From Rhodobiaceae bacterium UBA7378 (lineage in GTDB: Bacteria > Pseudomonadota > Alphaproteobacteria > RS24): a DNA stretch of 52,916 nt. The DNA lies in contig DKNW01000117.1 of NCBI GenBank assembly GCA_002469805.1, positions 4,382 to 57,297 of the forward strand, read 5' to 3'. The position numbers were made by a program, and so were the translations under genes. The notes below the pieces were generated by a model, which saw only the letters and a list, made by a program, of their open reading frames with translations, was not told the origin of the DNA and made no database searches. Of the stretch, positions 1 through 9,812 are shown in pieces (position 1 is the first letter of the stretch; the number at the start of each line of letters is the position of its first letter).

Positions 1-177
1 ACCTCGCTCAATGCCACGAGCAATGCTGCAAGCACTTCCGACACCCCCGATACGCCGCCTGCCGCGACCTCGGCCCAGCATCGCAGTATTTTCTTTATCG
101 ACGCGCAAGTCGACGGTTATAAAGCACTGGTACAACACTTCCCTACACAACAACTTGTCCCCTCAGACAAGCCCTGA
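1..177 (+). CDS. 3' end of an unidentified protein, 5'-truncated by the window edge
   Basis: Frame +1 is open from nt 1 to TGA at 175-177 (58 codons; absent from the ORF track because it has no start). Translation is TSLNATSNAASTSDTPDTPPAATSAQHRSIFFIDAQVDGYKALVQHFPTQQLVPSDKP, a Ser/Thr/Pro/Ala-rich linker followed by a short ordered tail. No family recognised. Confidence 0.3.
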   Translation, partial: TSLNATSNAASTSDTPDTPPAATSAQHRSIFFIDAQVDGYKALVQHFPTQQLVPSDKP

Positions 178-275
178 GTAATACTAAATTTCTGAAAAAA
201 CTGCAATATTTGGAAAATTGCTACTTCCTTTTATTGTTACGATGTGAGGAAATTGTGCAAAGGAGTGCGTCCGTC

Positions 276-1928
276 ATGCCGGAAATTTTTGCAGCAAGGT
301 CGATCATCACGATGAATGAGGGCCAACCTCGCGCGACTCATGTGGTCGTTTCCGAGGGGCGGGTGTTAAGCGTCGGTACAGCAGACGATATCGCCGTTTG
401 GCACGCAAACTGGCCCGATGCCAAACTGAATGACGCATTTTCGGACAAAGTGATCTTGCCCGGCTTTGTCGAAGGCCACAGCCATATGATGGAAGGCCTG
501 TTCTGGAATTATGCCTATGTCGGCTATTATGACCGCGAAGGCCCTGATGGGACGATATGGCCGGGCTTGAAATCGATCGAGGAAGTGACGGACCGACTGA
601 AAAGCCTGCACGTGGCGCAAGAGGACAAGTCCGCGCCCCTGATTGCATGGGGTTTCGACCCGATTTTCTTTGAAGGTCGCCGAATGAACATTGCTGACCT
701 AGATTCTATTTCGACCGAATGCCCAATTATTGTGCTGCATGCCAGCTTGCATATTTTGAACACGAACTCGTTCGTTATCGACAAAGCCGGTGTCAGCCCG
801 GGCGATAATAATGAAGCCATTCGCCGTGATGAAACCGGCCAGCCGACTGGCGAATTTCTCGGGCAGCTTGGCATGTATATGGCGATGCGGGTAACCGGCC
901 TTAACCTGATGGCAGCGGCTGGCGAGCCGCAAACTTTATATAATTTTGCCCACGTTGCCCGGCAAGTAGGTGTGACGACCGCAACCGACCTCGCCAACCC
1001 CTTACCCGATAATGCTGTCGACACACTGACCGAAATTACCAAACGCGATGATTTTCCTTGCCGTCTGGTCGTCGCCTTTCAGGGTGGCGGGCCAAAAGCC
1101 GATATTGGCATTAGCCGTATTCACGCCCTGGCCGATCGTCAATCGGACAAGTTGCGCTTTTCACTGGTCAAGTTCGTGGCCGATGGCTCGATACAAGGTT
1201 TCAGCGCACGCCTTAAGTGGCCGGGCTATCACAATGGCGCCGAAAATGGCCTGTGGTACATTGAACCAGAGCGCCTCGCTGCGCTGATCGACGCCTATAA
1301 TGCGGCTGGTATTCAAATTCATATCCATACAAACGGTGATGCATGCACGGATGTTGCGCTTGATGCCATTGACGCCGCCTTGCGCAAGCACCCATGGGCT
1401 GACCACCGCCATACGTTGCAGCATTGCCAGATGGCCGATCGCGCGCAATTCAAGCGGATGCGCGCACTTGGCGTAGGCGTGAATTTGTTTTCTAACCATC
1501 TTTATTATTGGGGCGATGCGCACATCACTACCACTATGGGACCAGATCGCGCGGCGCGGCTTGACGATGCTGGCGGCGCACTGGCGGAAGGTGTGCCGGT
1601 TGCCATTCACTCGGACGCGCCTGTCACAGCGCTGGCACCCTTGTTTACGGCTTGGTGCGCTGTTAATCGCCTATCATCAACCGGCGCACGGCTCGGAACT
1701 GACGCGCATTGCCTCACGGTCGCACAGGCGCTGCATGCCATAACGCTCGGTGCGGCCTACTCGCTGAAAATGGATCACGAGATCGGTAGCATCGAAGTGG
1801 GCAAGCGCGCGGATTTTGCCGTGTTGGACACCGACCCTTTTGATGTCGATGCGATGAAACTTAAAGACATCGGCGTAAGCGGCACGGTGGTCGGCGGCAT
1901 TGTTCACCTCAATGCATCATCCGGCTGA
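276..1928 (+). CDS. metal-dependent amidohydrolase (YtcJ-like, Amidohydro_3 type)
   Basis: ORF 210..1928. Preferred start is ATG 276, preceded by AAGGAG (260-265). HxH metal motif (VEGHSHMMEG), HIHTNGD, HSDAPV and C-terminal GKRADF..LD are typical of TIM-barrel amidohydrolases. Confidence 0.85.
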   Translation: MPEIFAARSIITMNEGQPRATHVVVSEGRVLSVGTADDIAVWHANWPDAKLNDAFSDKVILPGFVEGHSHMMEGLFWNYAYVGYYDREGPDGTIWPGLKSIEEVTDRLKSLHVAQEDKSAPLIAWGFDPIFFEGRRMNIADLDSISTECPIIVLHASLHILNTNSFVIDKAGVSPGDNNEAIRRDETGQPTGEFLGQLGMYMAMRVTGLNLMAAAGEPQTLYNFAHVARQVGVTTATDLANPLPDNAVDTLTEITKRDDFPCRLVVAFQGGGPKADIGISRIHALADRQSDKLRFSLVKFVADGSIQGFSARLKWPGYHNGAENGLWYIEPERLAALIDAYNAAGIQIHIHTNGDACTDVALDAIDAALRKHPWADHRHTLQHCQMADRAQFKRMRALGVGVNLFSNHLYYWGDAHITTTMGPDRAARLDDAGGALAEGVPVAIHSDAPVTALAPLFTAWCAVNRLSSTGARLGTDAHCLTVAQALHAITLGAAYSLKMDHEIGSIEVGKRADFAVLDTDPFDVDAMKLKDIGVSGTVVGGIVHLNASSG

Positions 1929-1972
1929 TACCAAAGAATTGACACCAGAAACCTGAAAGATCACCACTAACC

Positions 1973-2890
1973 ATGTCACCGCAACCGACCCCTTTGACAA
2001 TTATTTCTGGCTTTTTGGGCGCAGGGAAAACCAGCTTGCTTAACCACCTTCTGCATCATGCCGGCGGGCGTCATATCACGGCATTGGTAAATGATTTCGG
2101 TGCACTCAATATCGACAGTGAACTTATCGCCGCAGCGCATGGCAACGAAATCTCGCTCGCAAATGGCTGCGTATGCTGTTCGATCAGTGATGATCTCGGC
2201 ACCGCATTGGCCCAGTCATTGAACCGCACGCCACAACCAGACCATATTATCATCGAAGCCAGCGGCGTCGCAGACCCGGAACGAATTGCCCTTTACGCGC
2301 AGGTTGATAAGGAATTGCGGCTGGACGGTATCGTAACCATGATAGATGCAGTCGCTCATGCCACCCACGCAGACAACCCGCAAATCGGCGATATTTATGC
2401 CCGCCAAGTCAATGCCGCCGATCTGTTTATCATGACCAAAACCGACATCGCATCGCAAGCGAGCATACATGCGCTGGTCACCACGCTGGGCGAGCAAAAG
2501 CCCGCAACGCCTCGCATCAAGGCCGTCAACAGCGCGGTCGACGCCGACATAATTCTGGGGGTCAATAGACAGACGGAGGGCAAAAATTCGGCAAAACTTT
2601 CACCGCAAGCGGCGCCTGAACATGCGTTTCAGCAATGGGCTGGCCATATATCGCCAACATCCTGCCGCCAAATGCTTGCCAAAAAACTACGCGCCCTTGC
2701 CCCCCACCTGCTGCGTGCCAAAGGCATATTTTGCGACAATGAGGGCGCCTATGTCATCCACTATGCCGGGCATCGCATTTCGTTTGACCCATATGGTGGG
2801 CGACCGAGCGGCCATATGGTCGTTATCGGAACGTCGGATATGCCGGCCGCTGACGATTTGTCTGCCCATTTTCACGAGGGTATCAGCTAA
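1973..2890 (+). CDS. COG0523 / CobW-family G3E GTPase (putative metallochaperone)
   Basis: Walker A GFLGAGKTSLLNHLL, canonical metal-binding CxCC motif (GCVCCS), EASGVADP switch, TKTD base-specificity motif and a CobW_C-like C-terminal domain. Confidence 0.9.
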   Translation: MSPQPTPLTIISGFLGAGKTSLLNHLLHHAGGRHITALVNDFGALNIDSELIAAAHGNEISLANGCVCCSISDDLGTALAQSLNRTPQPDHIIIEASGVADPERIALYAQVDKELRLDGIVTMIDAVAHATHADNPQIGDIYARQVNAADLFIMTKTDIASQASIHALVTTLGEQKPATPRIKAVNSAVDADIILGVNRQTEGKNSAKLSPQAAPEHAFQQWAGHISPTSCRQMLAKKLRALAPHLLRAKGIFCDNEGAYVIHYAGHRISFDPYGGRPSGHMVVIGTSDMPAADDLSAHFHEGIS

Positions 2891-3525
2891 TGGTGTGGGA
2901 CTTACCAACGCGCGTTTTTCATTGGTTGTTTGTCGCGGCAATCGCGGGGGCATTTATCACCGGTCGGCAGGGCGATTTGTTCTGGCATGAAATATTCGGT
3001 CTCGCCGCATTGGGGCTTTTTGTATTCAGAATAATCTGGGGATTAGTCGGGCATAAAACCGCGCGGTTTTCCACTTTTCTCGCCGGTCCACGGCGTATCT
3101 GGAATTATCTCAAGAGTTTGCTGCACCGACGCAATGCACCGACCCTCGGCCACAACCCGTTGGGCGCATTATCCGTGCTGGCCTTGCTAGGGTTAATGGG
3201 TAGCCTCGCTATCACTGGCTTGTGGACGGGCGACGATATTCTCTATGAAGGCCCGCTAACACCTCTCGCGCCAGATTGGGCCACGCCCGCGGGTCGTTGG
3301 CATGTCATATTGCAGGACTTGATCTTGCCGCTCGTCGGCCTGCACATTCTGGCATTAGCTGTACATCACTTTGTTCTGAAAGAGCGTCTTGTACAACGCA
3401 TGATACATGGCGGCGAAGGTGCTGATACACCGCCGACCACGCGCCGCACCCGGATCGGATTATGTGCGTTGGTCGTGTGCCTCACCGCAGCGATTTCGCT
3501 CGCTGCTCTTACACCCAATTATTAA
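2890..3525 (+). CDS. cytochrome b561 / Ni-Fe-hydrogenase-type b cytochrome family membrane protein
   Basis: N-terminus MVWDLPTRVFHWLF, four predicted TM helices with conserved His residues (FHW, GHK, LGHNPLG, VHHF). The ATG overlaps the TAA of the upstream GTPase gene by 1 nt (TAATG at 2888-2892). Confidence 0.8.
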   Translation: MVWDLPTRVFHWLFVAAIAGAFITGRQGDLFWHEIFGLAALGLFVFRIIWGLVGHKTARFSTFLAGPRRIWNYLKSLLHRRNAPTLGHNPLGALSVLALLGLMGSLAITGLWTGDDILYEGPLTPLAPDWATPAGRWHVILQDLILPLVGLHILALAVHHFVLKERLVQRMIHGGEGADTPPTTRRTRIGLCALVVCLTAAISLAALTPNY

Positions 3526-3539
3526 GGCATAAAACAGCG

Positions 3540-4034
3540 TTACTTTTTGTTGCGGTAACTCTGGTGACAAGCTTTGCATGTGCCGCCCATTTTCTTGGCA
3601 GCAGCAGCGATAGCCCCTTTATCCGTGCCTGCCATGGCGAGCTTTTGAAGCGCGCGAGCCGCCATCGCATTGTCAGCTGCCTTCGCTTTGAAGTCGTCGA
3701 AATCTGCCCAGATTTCCGCACGTGCACCGGCGCTCTCACTGCCTGCCGGAAAATGCGCAGGCATTTCTTCTGCCCAGTCGCCAATAAGCTTGGCAGCATC
3801 GGCAATTGCGCCAAAGTCATCAGCACCTAAATGCTCTTTGAAAATTGACTGGATCGCCCCGCCGCTTTGTTTGAAACGGTGAATGCGCTTATCAACAATC
3901 GATGCATTTTCGGGCGGGGCCACGCTATCGTGAGAGTGGTTGGATGTCTCATCATGGGCTACGACAGATACCGAAGTAGATATCGAAACAGCCACGGCGA
4001 CAAACATGGAAAGGCCGATTGCCAAAAAACGCAT
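3540..4034 (-). CDS. class II c-type cytochrome (cytochrome c' / c-556-like), secreted
   Basis: Signal peptide, four-helix-bundle-like Ala-rich sequence and the single heme motif CKACH very near the C-terminus (CKACHQSYRNKK), as in cytochromes c'. AGGAAG RBS upstream. The mature N-terminus is His-rich (HDETSNHSHDS). Confidence 0.8.
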   Translation of the reverse strand: MRFLAIGLSMFVAVAVSISTSVSVVAHDETSNHSHDSVAPPENASIVDKRIHRFKQSGGAIQSIFKEHLGADDFGAIADAAKLIGDWAEEMPAHFPAGSESAGARAEIWADFDDFKAKAADNAMAARALQKLAMAGTDKGAIAAAAKKMGGTCKACHQSYRNKK

Positions 4035-4045
4035 AAGTTTACTTC

Positions 4046-4810
4046 CTAATCACGGTATGAGGGGTCTTGCCGGTCAAGTTTGCGCAATAATGCAGGCCAT
4101 GCCAGCGCATCAACCCCCGGCCCGAACAAAGTTCGAGATTGCTCGGCAGTTGTATCAAGCGCCGCCTGGCTCGGCCGATTTAATTCACCGGTCATCGCAC
4201 GAATTTGGGCGGTGCACGCACGCTCAAGGAAATAGATCGCAATGAATGCAAGGGCACAATTTTCACCAACAGCCAACGTGCCGTGATTACGCAGCAGCAT
4301 AAGTTTTTTGTCGCCAATATCATTGATCAGTCGCTCACGCTCGTCGAGATCAAGCGCCACACCTTCGTAATCGTGATAGGCAAGCTGCGAGGTAAGCAAC
4401 ATGGATTGTTGAGTGATTGCCTGCAAACCTTCCTTCTGGGCAGAAACCGCAACGCCGTCATCTGTGTGCAAATGCAGCACGCATTGGGCATCATCGCGGG
4501 CGCTGTGAATAGCGCTGTGAATGGTAAAGCCTGCCGGATTTACAAAATACGGGCTGTCCATGACAATGTTGCCTTCAAGATCGATCTTGACGAGGCTCGA
4601 CGCCGTAATTTCTTCGAACAACATGCCATATGGATTGATCAGAAAATGATGTTCTGGCCCCGGAATGCGCACGGAAATATGGGTGAAGATCATGTCGTCC
4701 CAGCCATGCATGGCGACCAGACGATAAGTTGCTGCCAAATCGACACGCAACTGCCATTCTTCCTCACTGACCATGTCCCTGACGGACGTAATTTCTTCTG
4801 CTGCAGACAT
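4046..4810 (-). CDS. class II aldolase / adducin-domain protein
   Basis: 254 aa. Typical family stretches are HGWDDMIFTHISVR, NPAGFTIHSAIH, VLHLHT and LLRNHGTLAVG. Confidence 0.85.
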   Translation of the reverse strand: MSAAEEITSVRDMVSEEEWQLRVDLAATYRLVAMHGWDDMIFTHISVRIPGPEHHFLINPYGMLFEEITASSLVKIDLEGNIVMDSPYFVNPAGFTIHSAIHSARDDAQCVLHLHTDDGVAVSAQKEGLQAITQQSMLLTSQLAYHDYEGVALDLDERERLINDIGDKKLMLLRNHGTLAVGENCALAFIAIYFLERACTAQIRAMTGELNRPSQAALDTTAEQSRTLFGPGVDALAWPALLRKLDRQDPSYRD

Positions 4811-4902
4811 CGGTTTCCCTCCCTTAAACTATAGTTATACCCTGAGGCGAAACTTGGGTTTTGTCAATTCCCTCGCCAATTCTTGCCGCCCCGACAGCAA
4901 AG

Positions 4903-6396
4903 CTATGCGTCAAGTATCGGCCCAAGCGCGTGGCGCCAAGCACGTTGTTTTTTGTCGCGCATATTATCCGACATTGCCGGTTCAAATGCAGCATCCCGCA
5001 CCCAGCTTTCAGCGAACGCGTCCAGCGTATCGAACCAGCCAAGCTTCATCATAGCCAGCATCGCCGCCCCAGCCGCTGTGGTTTCAGTAACTTCCGGTCG
5101 GTCAATCGGGCAGGTGCATAAGTCAGACAGATTCTGAACGAACCAGTCATTCGCAACCATGCCTCCGTCAACCCGCAAGCGCGGCGGCACCGACATGCCG
5201 ACTTGGGCCATATCGTCGTTGATCGCCCGCATCAGGTCGCTGGTCTGCAATGACACGGCTTCCAGCGCGGCGCGCACAATTTCGGCCCGTCCCGTATCGC
5301 GGGTCATGTTGAACAGCGCGGCGCGAGCATCAGGTTTCCAGTGCGGTGCACCCAGACCGGTAAAAGCCGGCACCAGCACCACATTGCTGTCAGGCGCGGC
5401 TTGGGCGGCAAGGGCCGCTGTCTCGGCCGCATCATCTATGATGCACAGCGCATCTCGTAGCCATTGAACAATCGCGCCAGCCATAAATATACTGCCCTCC
5501 AGCCCGAAAACTGTTTGTCCATCTATTCGGTAGGCAATCGTTGTCAGAAGCCGATTTTTTGAGATCACCGCCTGGTCGCCGGTATTTGCCAGCACGAAAC
5601 AGCCCGTGCCATAGGTTGATTTTATCATGCCTGGACGGAAACAGGCCTGCCCCAGCACTGCCGCCTGCTGGTCGCCCGCCATTCCGCAGATTGGCAGAGA
5701 AACGGGTAGAATATCCCCCGCCGTCGCACCGAAATCCGACACATTATCGCGTACCTCTGGCAATAAATTGCGCGGCACATTAAACAGCGACAGCAAATCA
5801 TCGTCCCAATCATGGGTATGGATGTTAAACAGGCTCGTGCGCGCCGCATTTGTGGCATCGGTTAGATGCATCTCGCCCGCCGTCAGCTGCCAGACAAGCC
5901 AGCTATCGACTGTGCCAAATGCCAGCTCACCAGCCTCGGCGCGAGCTCGCGCATCTGGCACATTATCTAGCAACCAAGCGATTTTACTGGCTGAGAAATA
6001 AGGGTCTAGAAGCAGACCAGTTTTCTCGCGGATCACGTCTTCATGCCCGGCCGCAGCGAGCGCGGCGCAGTGATCAGCGGTGCGCCGGTCCTGCCAAACA
6101 ATAGCGTTAGCAATCGGAGCACCGGTTTTCCGGTCCCAAATAATCACGGTTTCGCGCTGATTGGTAATCCCGATGCCTTTGAAATTTTCCATGCCTGCCG
6201 TTTCGATAACGCGGCGGCATACATCCAGCGTCGTTTGCCAGATCTCGGTAGCGTCATGCTCGACCCAGCCATCAGCGGGGAAAATCTGTGTGAATTCTTG
6301 CTGGGCAACAGCGTGAATTTTGCCATCACGGCAAAACGCCAACGCACGACTGGATGTCGTACCCTGATCAATACTTAATACGAGTTCCCCTGCCAT
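4903..6396 (-). CDS. glpK: glycerol kinase
   Basis: 497 aa. [12 protein letters not shown] phosphate-1 motif, [31 protein letters not shown] and GMAGDQQAA match GlpK along the full length. GGGAGGAG RBS. Confidence 0.95.
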   Translation of the reverse strand: MAGELVLSIDQGTTSSRALAFCRDGKIHAVAQQEFTQIFPADGWVEHDATEIWQTTLDVCRRVIETAGMENFKGIGITNQRETVIIWDRKTGAPIANAIVWQDRRTADHCAALAAAGHEDVIREKTGLLLDPYFSASKIAWLLDNVPDARARAEAGELAFGTVDSWLVWQLTAGEMHLTDATNAARTSLFNIHTHDWDDDLLSLFNVPRNLLPEVRDNVSDFGATAGDILPVSLPICGMAGDQQAAVLGQACFRPGMIKSTYGTGCFVLANTGDQAVISKNRLLTTIAYRIDGQTVFGLEGSIFMAGAIVQWLRDALCIIDDAAETAALAAQAAPDSNVVLVPAFTGLGAPHWKPDARAALFNMTRDTGRAEIVRAALEAVSLQTSDLMRAINDDMAQVGMSVPPRLRVDGGMVANDWFVQNLSDLCTCPIDRPEVTETTAAGAAMLAMMKLGWFDTLDAFAESWVRDAAFEPAMSDNMRDKKQRAWRHALGPILDA

Positions 6397-6549
6397 ACGC
6401 TCCTCCCTTTACGGTTTCATTGGCATGCGATAATACCCATGCGGGCAGCATGCGTGTAGGCTGTTTTTACACCTATTCCATGCTACAAGGCATAAAAAGG
6501 GCAAGCCAAACGTACTGCGAACAGCCATGAGAGGCGAAGGCATAGACTT

Positions 6550-7329
6550 ATGACCACGGGCGCACGAGAGAAAAAACTGGCATTTGTTGCAAATGGGCGC
6601 GACGACGCGGAGACCGCCTGTGCCAAATTGCACGCGCGCTATAACGGCGTGCCGGTTGCCGATGCCGATATTATTGTCGCGCTGGGCGGTGACGGGCTAA
6701 TGTTGCAAACGCTACACAAATGTCTGGACACGGGCACACCGATTTTCGGCATGAACTACGGCTCAATCGGGTTTTTGATGAACCGGTTTGAAGAAGATGG
6801 TTTGCATGAGCGCATTGCCGGTGCCAAACTTTCAGTACTGCATCCGCTACACATGCAAGCCACTGCGAACGATGGCACCGAACATTCCGCGCTTGCAATC
6901 AATGAAGTATCACTTCTGCGCGAGACAGCGCAGGCCGCCAAACTCAAAATTTCCGTCGATGACAATGTGCGCATGAAGGAACTGATTTGCGATGGCGTGC
7001 TGGTTTCAACGCCAGCAGGCAGCACGGCCTATAATTTGTCCGCGCATGGGCCAATATTACCAATCGAGGCATCATTGCTAGCCCTGACCCCTATTTCAGC
7101 TTTCCGGCCACGGCGCTGGCGTGGTGCTTTGCTGCCCGAACGCGCTGATGTACGCATTGAGGCGCTGGAAGCCACCAAGCGCCCCATCAGTGCGGTGGCC
7201 GACCATGCCGAGTTTAGAAATATTGCCGAGGTTCAAATCAAGCAGGATAAAAGCCGCCAGCTGCTCATGTTGTTTGATGCCGATCACAGCCTTGATGAGC
7301 GGATTTTAACCGAGCAGTTTACGCCGTGA
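6550..7329 (+). CDS. nadK: NAD kinase
   Basis: 259 aa. GGDGLML (GGDG motif), NEVS and [17 protein letters not shown] motifs. Confidence 0.9.
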   Translation: MTTGAREKKLAFVANGRDDAETACAKLHARYNGVPVADADIIVALGGDGLMLQTLHKCLDTGTPIFGMNYGSIGFLMNRFEEDGLHERIAGAKLSVLHPLHMQATANDGTEHSALAINEVSLLRETAQAAKLKISVDDNVRMKELICDGVLVSTPAGSTAYNLSAHGPILPIEASLLALTPISAFRPRRWRGALLPERADVRIEALEATKRPISAVADHAEFRNIAEVQIKQDKSRQLLMLFDADHSLDERILTEQFTP

Positions 7330-7357
7330 GTTTCCAGCACAGGCACATTTAGCTTGG

Positions 7358-8143
7358 TTACATGCCGTTGGTAATGTCTTCGCGCGGATCGCCATAACCG
7401 GCATCGGCTTGTATACGCAAAAACCGCTTTTCGCCATCCTGCTCAATAAATGGTTTTACAGTAACAACACCGCCGCAATTTGCTATCGCATCATCAACAT
7501 TGGCGCGTTCAGCAAGCATTTCGATGTTCATACGGGTTGGAAAAATAATTGTGCGGGTTCCCGCTTCCGCATCGGCAAGCGCTTGCGATGGCCGGATCCA
7601 AACGCTATCCACGCTTTCGCTGCCATCATGCAGGCCGATATGATCTGCCGGTGCGCGCACCAGATAAAAATGCGTGTCGAAACGCTTCTTCATCATATCG
7701 GGGGTCACCCAATGCGCGAAATGTCTTAGCGCATCGACAGCGAATTCCAAATTTTCTGCCTGGGCAAATTCAAGCATGGTGGCATCGCGATTATTGAACC
7801 GGTCACGCCATCCGACCAGCGCTTGCAACCGGTCGGCAGACACAAAATTATCCGCGCCTTTCTCGCGTGCCAGCAAAATACCACATTCTTCATAAGCCTC
7901 ACGAATTGACCCGACGCGGAACGCCAACTCATTCGCGTCCAGCTCATCAGCACCGCCACAATGCGCGCGCAGCGCGTCGTCAAAATCTGGCGCATCAATT
8001 TTCCCGCCAGGAAAAACCAGCGCACCAGAAGCAAAATCTATCTGATGGTGGCGCACTACCATGAACACCTCTAAACCTGCATCGGTGTCGCGAACAATAA
8101 GAACAGTTGCCGCGGGAACAAGCGGTGCTTCGGTATCAGCCAT
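7358..8143 (-). CDS. NUDIX hydrolase
   Basis: 261 aa. Nudix-box-like segment PGGKID...REAYEECGILL. The start overlaps the MFS gene stop by 8 nt. Confidence 0.75.
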   Translation of the reverse strand: MADTEAPLVPAATVLIVRDTDAGLEVFMVVRHHQIDFASGALVFPGGKIDAPDFDDALRAHCGGADELDANELAFRVGSIREAYEECGILLAREKGADNFVSADRLQALVGWRDRFNNRDATMLEFAQAENLEFAVDALRHFAHWVTPDMMKKRFDTHFYLVRAPADHIGLHDGSESVDSVWIRPSQALADAEAGTRTIIFPTRMNIEMLAERANVDDAIANCGGVVTVKPFIEQDGEKRFLRIQADAGYGDPREDITNGM

Positions 8144-9365
8144 GGGGGTCTCCTTCGATTACGCCCGAGAGTTTATCGCGCCCGGCAACAAAGGCAAGCA
8201 GCGCAGCGACAGTAATAAAACACACACACCCAAAGCTGATGGTCTGGAAATCCAGCCCCGCATCGATAAAGACGCCAAACAAAACCGGTGCAGCAGCGGT
8301 ACCGAAAATCGCAATAGGTGATGTCAGCGACCGAATAGCGCCCAAATGCCGTGTGCCGAAAAGTTCGGGCCATAAACCACCGCTAACCGGACCGATCATG
8401 CCCAGATTAAGCCCACATAAGCCGAGATACACAAAAGGCGCGTATATGCCGAATGTGTCGGGCGGTAACAACAGGCTGGCAAAGGCAAGTGCTAATGGGA
8501 TCGACGAAAACGGCAGTGCGCGCAACGCCGTTACCCTATCAACGACAATGCCGGAGACGAGTGAGGCGGCGATTTTCATTCCCGCATATAAACTAAAAGC
8601 ACCAGCCAGAAGTGCCAGCGACCAGCCGCGCTCCTCGGCCAGAACAATTTGGTGAAAAAACATACCGGTCAGCAAAAATGGCGGCGCAATATAAAGCGGC
8701 AATACCAGATAAAAACGCATGTCGCGCAACACATGCGCACGGTCGACATCGCCGGCCGCCATATCTGTCGCCACTTCGTGACGGCGCGGCTCAAAACGCG
8801 ACAGAAAAATTTGTATAGGCAGCGCAACAAGCACCAAAACCGCGCAAAATATCAGCCAGCTTTGCTGCCAGCCGAATATGGCCATAAGTGCGATCGCCAT
8901 CACTGGGAAAAAACCTTCAAATCCGGCATAACCCAATTGCACCAAGGCAGTCGCCCGCCCACGGTTTTGCTGATAGGCGCGGCTGGTGGCTGTCATGCCC
9001 GTATGCGAACTAAGCCCTTGCCCGAACTGGCGTAACATGAACAACCCCAGCACCAGCATCCACAACTGATGCGCCATGCCAGTAATGAAACACGCCACCG
9101 CCAGCCCAACCAATGTCGCACCGGCAAAACGCGGCAAGCGCCAGCGGTCAATAAGCTTACCCGAATATAACAGGCAAATAGCGCTCGCCAGCGTGACGGC
9201 AGAATATATGCCGCCAAATTGTGTATTGGTCAGGTCGAAAGCTTCGCGGAAATGGGCGCTATACAGCGCAATGAAAAAAGTCTGTCCAAAATTAGACAGA
9301 CCCATCATAAAAAAGCCGAATAACAAAAAGCGGTACTCGGCGCGAATGAAAGAGAAATAACCCAT
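8136..9365 (-). CDS. MFS transporter
   Basis: 409 aa, about 12 hydrophobic helices. The G-rich loop (LYSGKLIDRWRLPR) resembles the MFS signature between TM2 and TM3. Confidence 0.8.
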   Translation of the reverse strand: MGYFSFIRAEYRFLLFGFFMMGLSNFGQTFFIALYSAHFREAFDLTNTQFGGIYSAVTLASAICLLYSGKLIDRWRLPRFAGATLVGLAVACFITGMAHQLWMLVLGLFMLRQFGQGLSSHTGMTATSRAYQQNRGRATALVQLGYAGFEGFFPVMAIALMAIFGWQQSWLIFCAVLVLVALPIQIFLSRFEPRRHEVATDMAAGDVDRAHVLRDMRFYLVLPLYIAPPFLLTGMFFHQIVLAEERGWSLALLAGAFSLYAGMKIAASLVSGIVVDRVTALRALPFSSIPLALAFASLLLPPDTFGIYAPFVYLGLCGLNLGMIGPVSGGLWPELFGTRHLGAIRSLTSPIAIFGTAAAPVLFGVFIDAGLDFQTISFGCVCFITVAALLAFVAGRDKLSGVIEGDPHG

Positions 9366-9433
9366 GTAGCGGTGTGTCTATCGCCAACCGGCGTTCGCGG
9401 CAATGCCTATTGTACGCAAAAGCCTATGCCGTT

Positions 9434-9778
9434 TTACCGCGCATGCTGCAAACATAGGGCAACAGCCGGGTCCAGCGCGAGACGGTCCGCATTAATCGGG
9501 TCCCCGCAACTTATGCAATAGCCGTATTCGCCAGCATCGAGACGGATAAGGGCCGCATCAATCTGGCGAAGCCGCAAATTGCGCCGACGTTGGGTTTCAT
9601 CTGCCATGGCCTGCTGCTGCATCGCGTCCATGCGTGACAGCCGCCCCTGTTGCGTCTGGTCAAGCGTTACTGGCGCAGTATTTCCGACTGCATTTTCAAT
9701 CATATCTTGCAATTCTTCGCGCATGCCCATCAGCACCGCGCGCGTGCTTTCTTCGTCCGTTGCATTTGAATCGTGCAT
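9434..9778 (-). CDS. TraR/DksA-family zinc-finger protein (short paralogue)
   Basis: 114 aa. Coiled-coil-like N-terminal part and C-terminal CISCG-x17-CLQH finger (CxxC-x17-CxxH). Confidence 0.8.
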   Translation of the reverse strand: MHDSNATDEESTRAVLMGMREELQDMIENAVGNTAPVTLDQTQQGRLSRMDAMQQQAMADETQRRRNLRLRQIDAALIRLDAGEYGYCISCGDPINADRLALDPAVALCLQHAR

Positions 9779-9812
9779 CTGTATAGATTAACGCCATATT
9801 GAGGAGAAAGTC

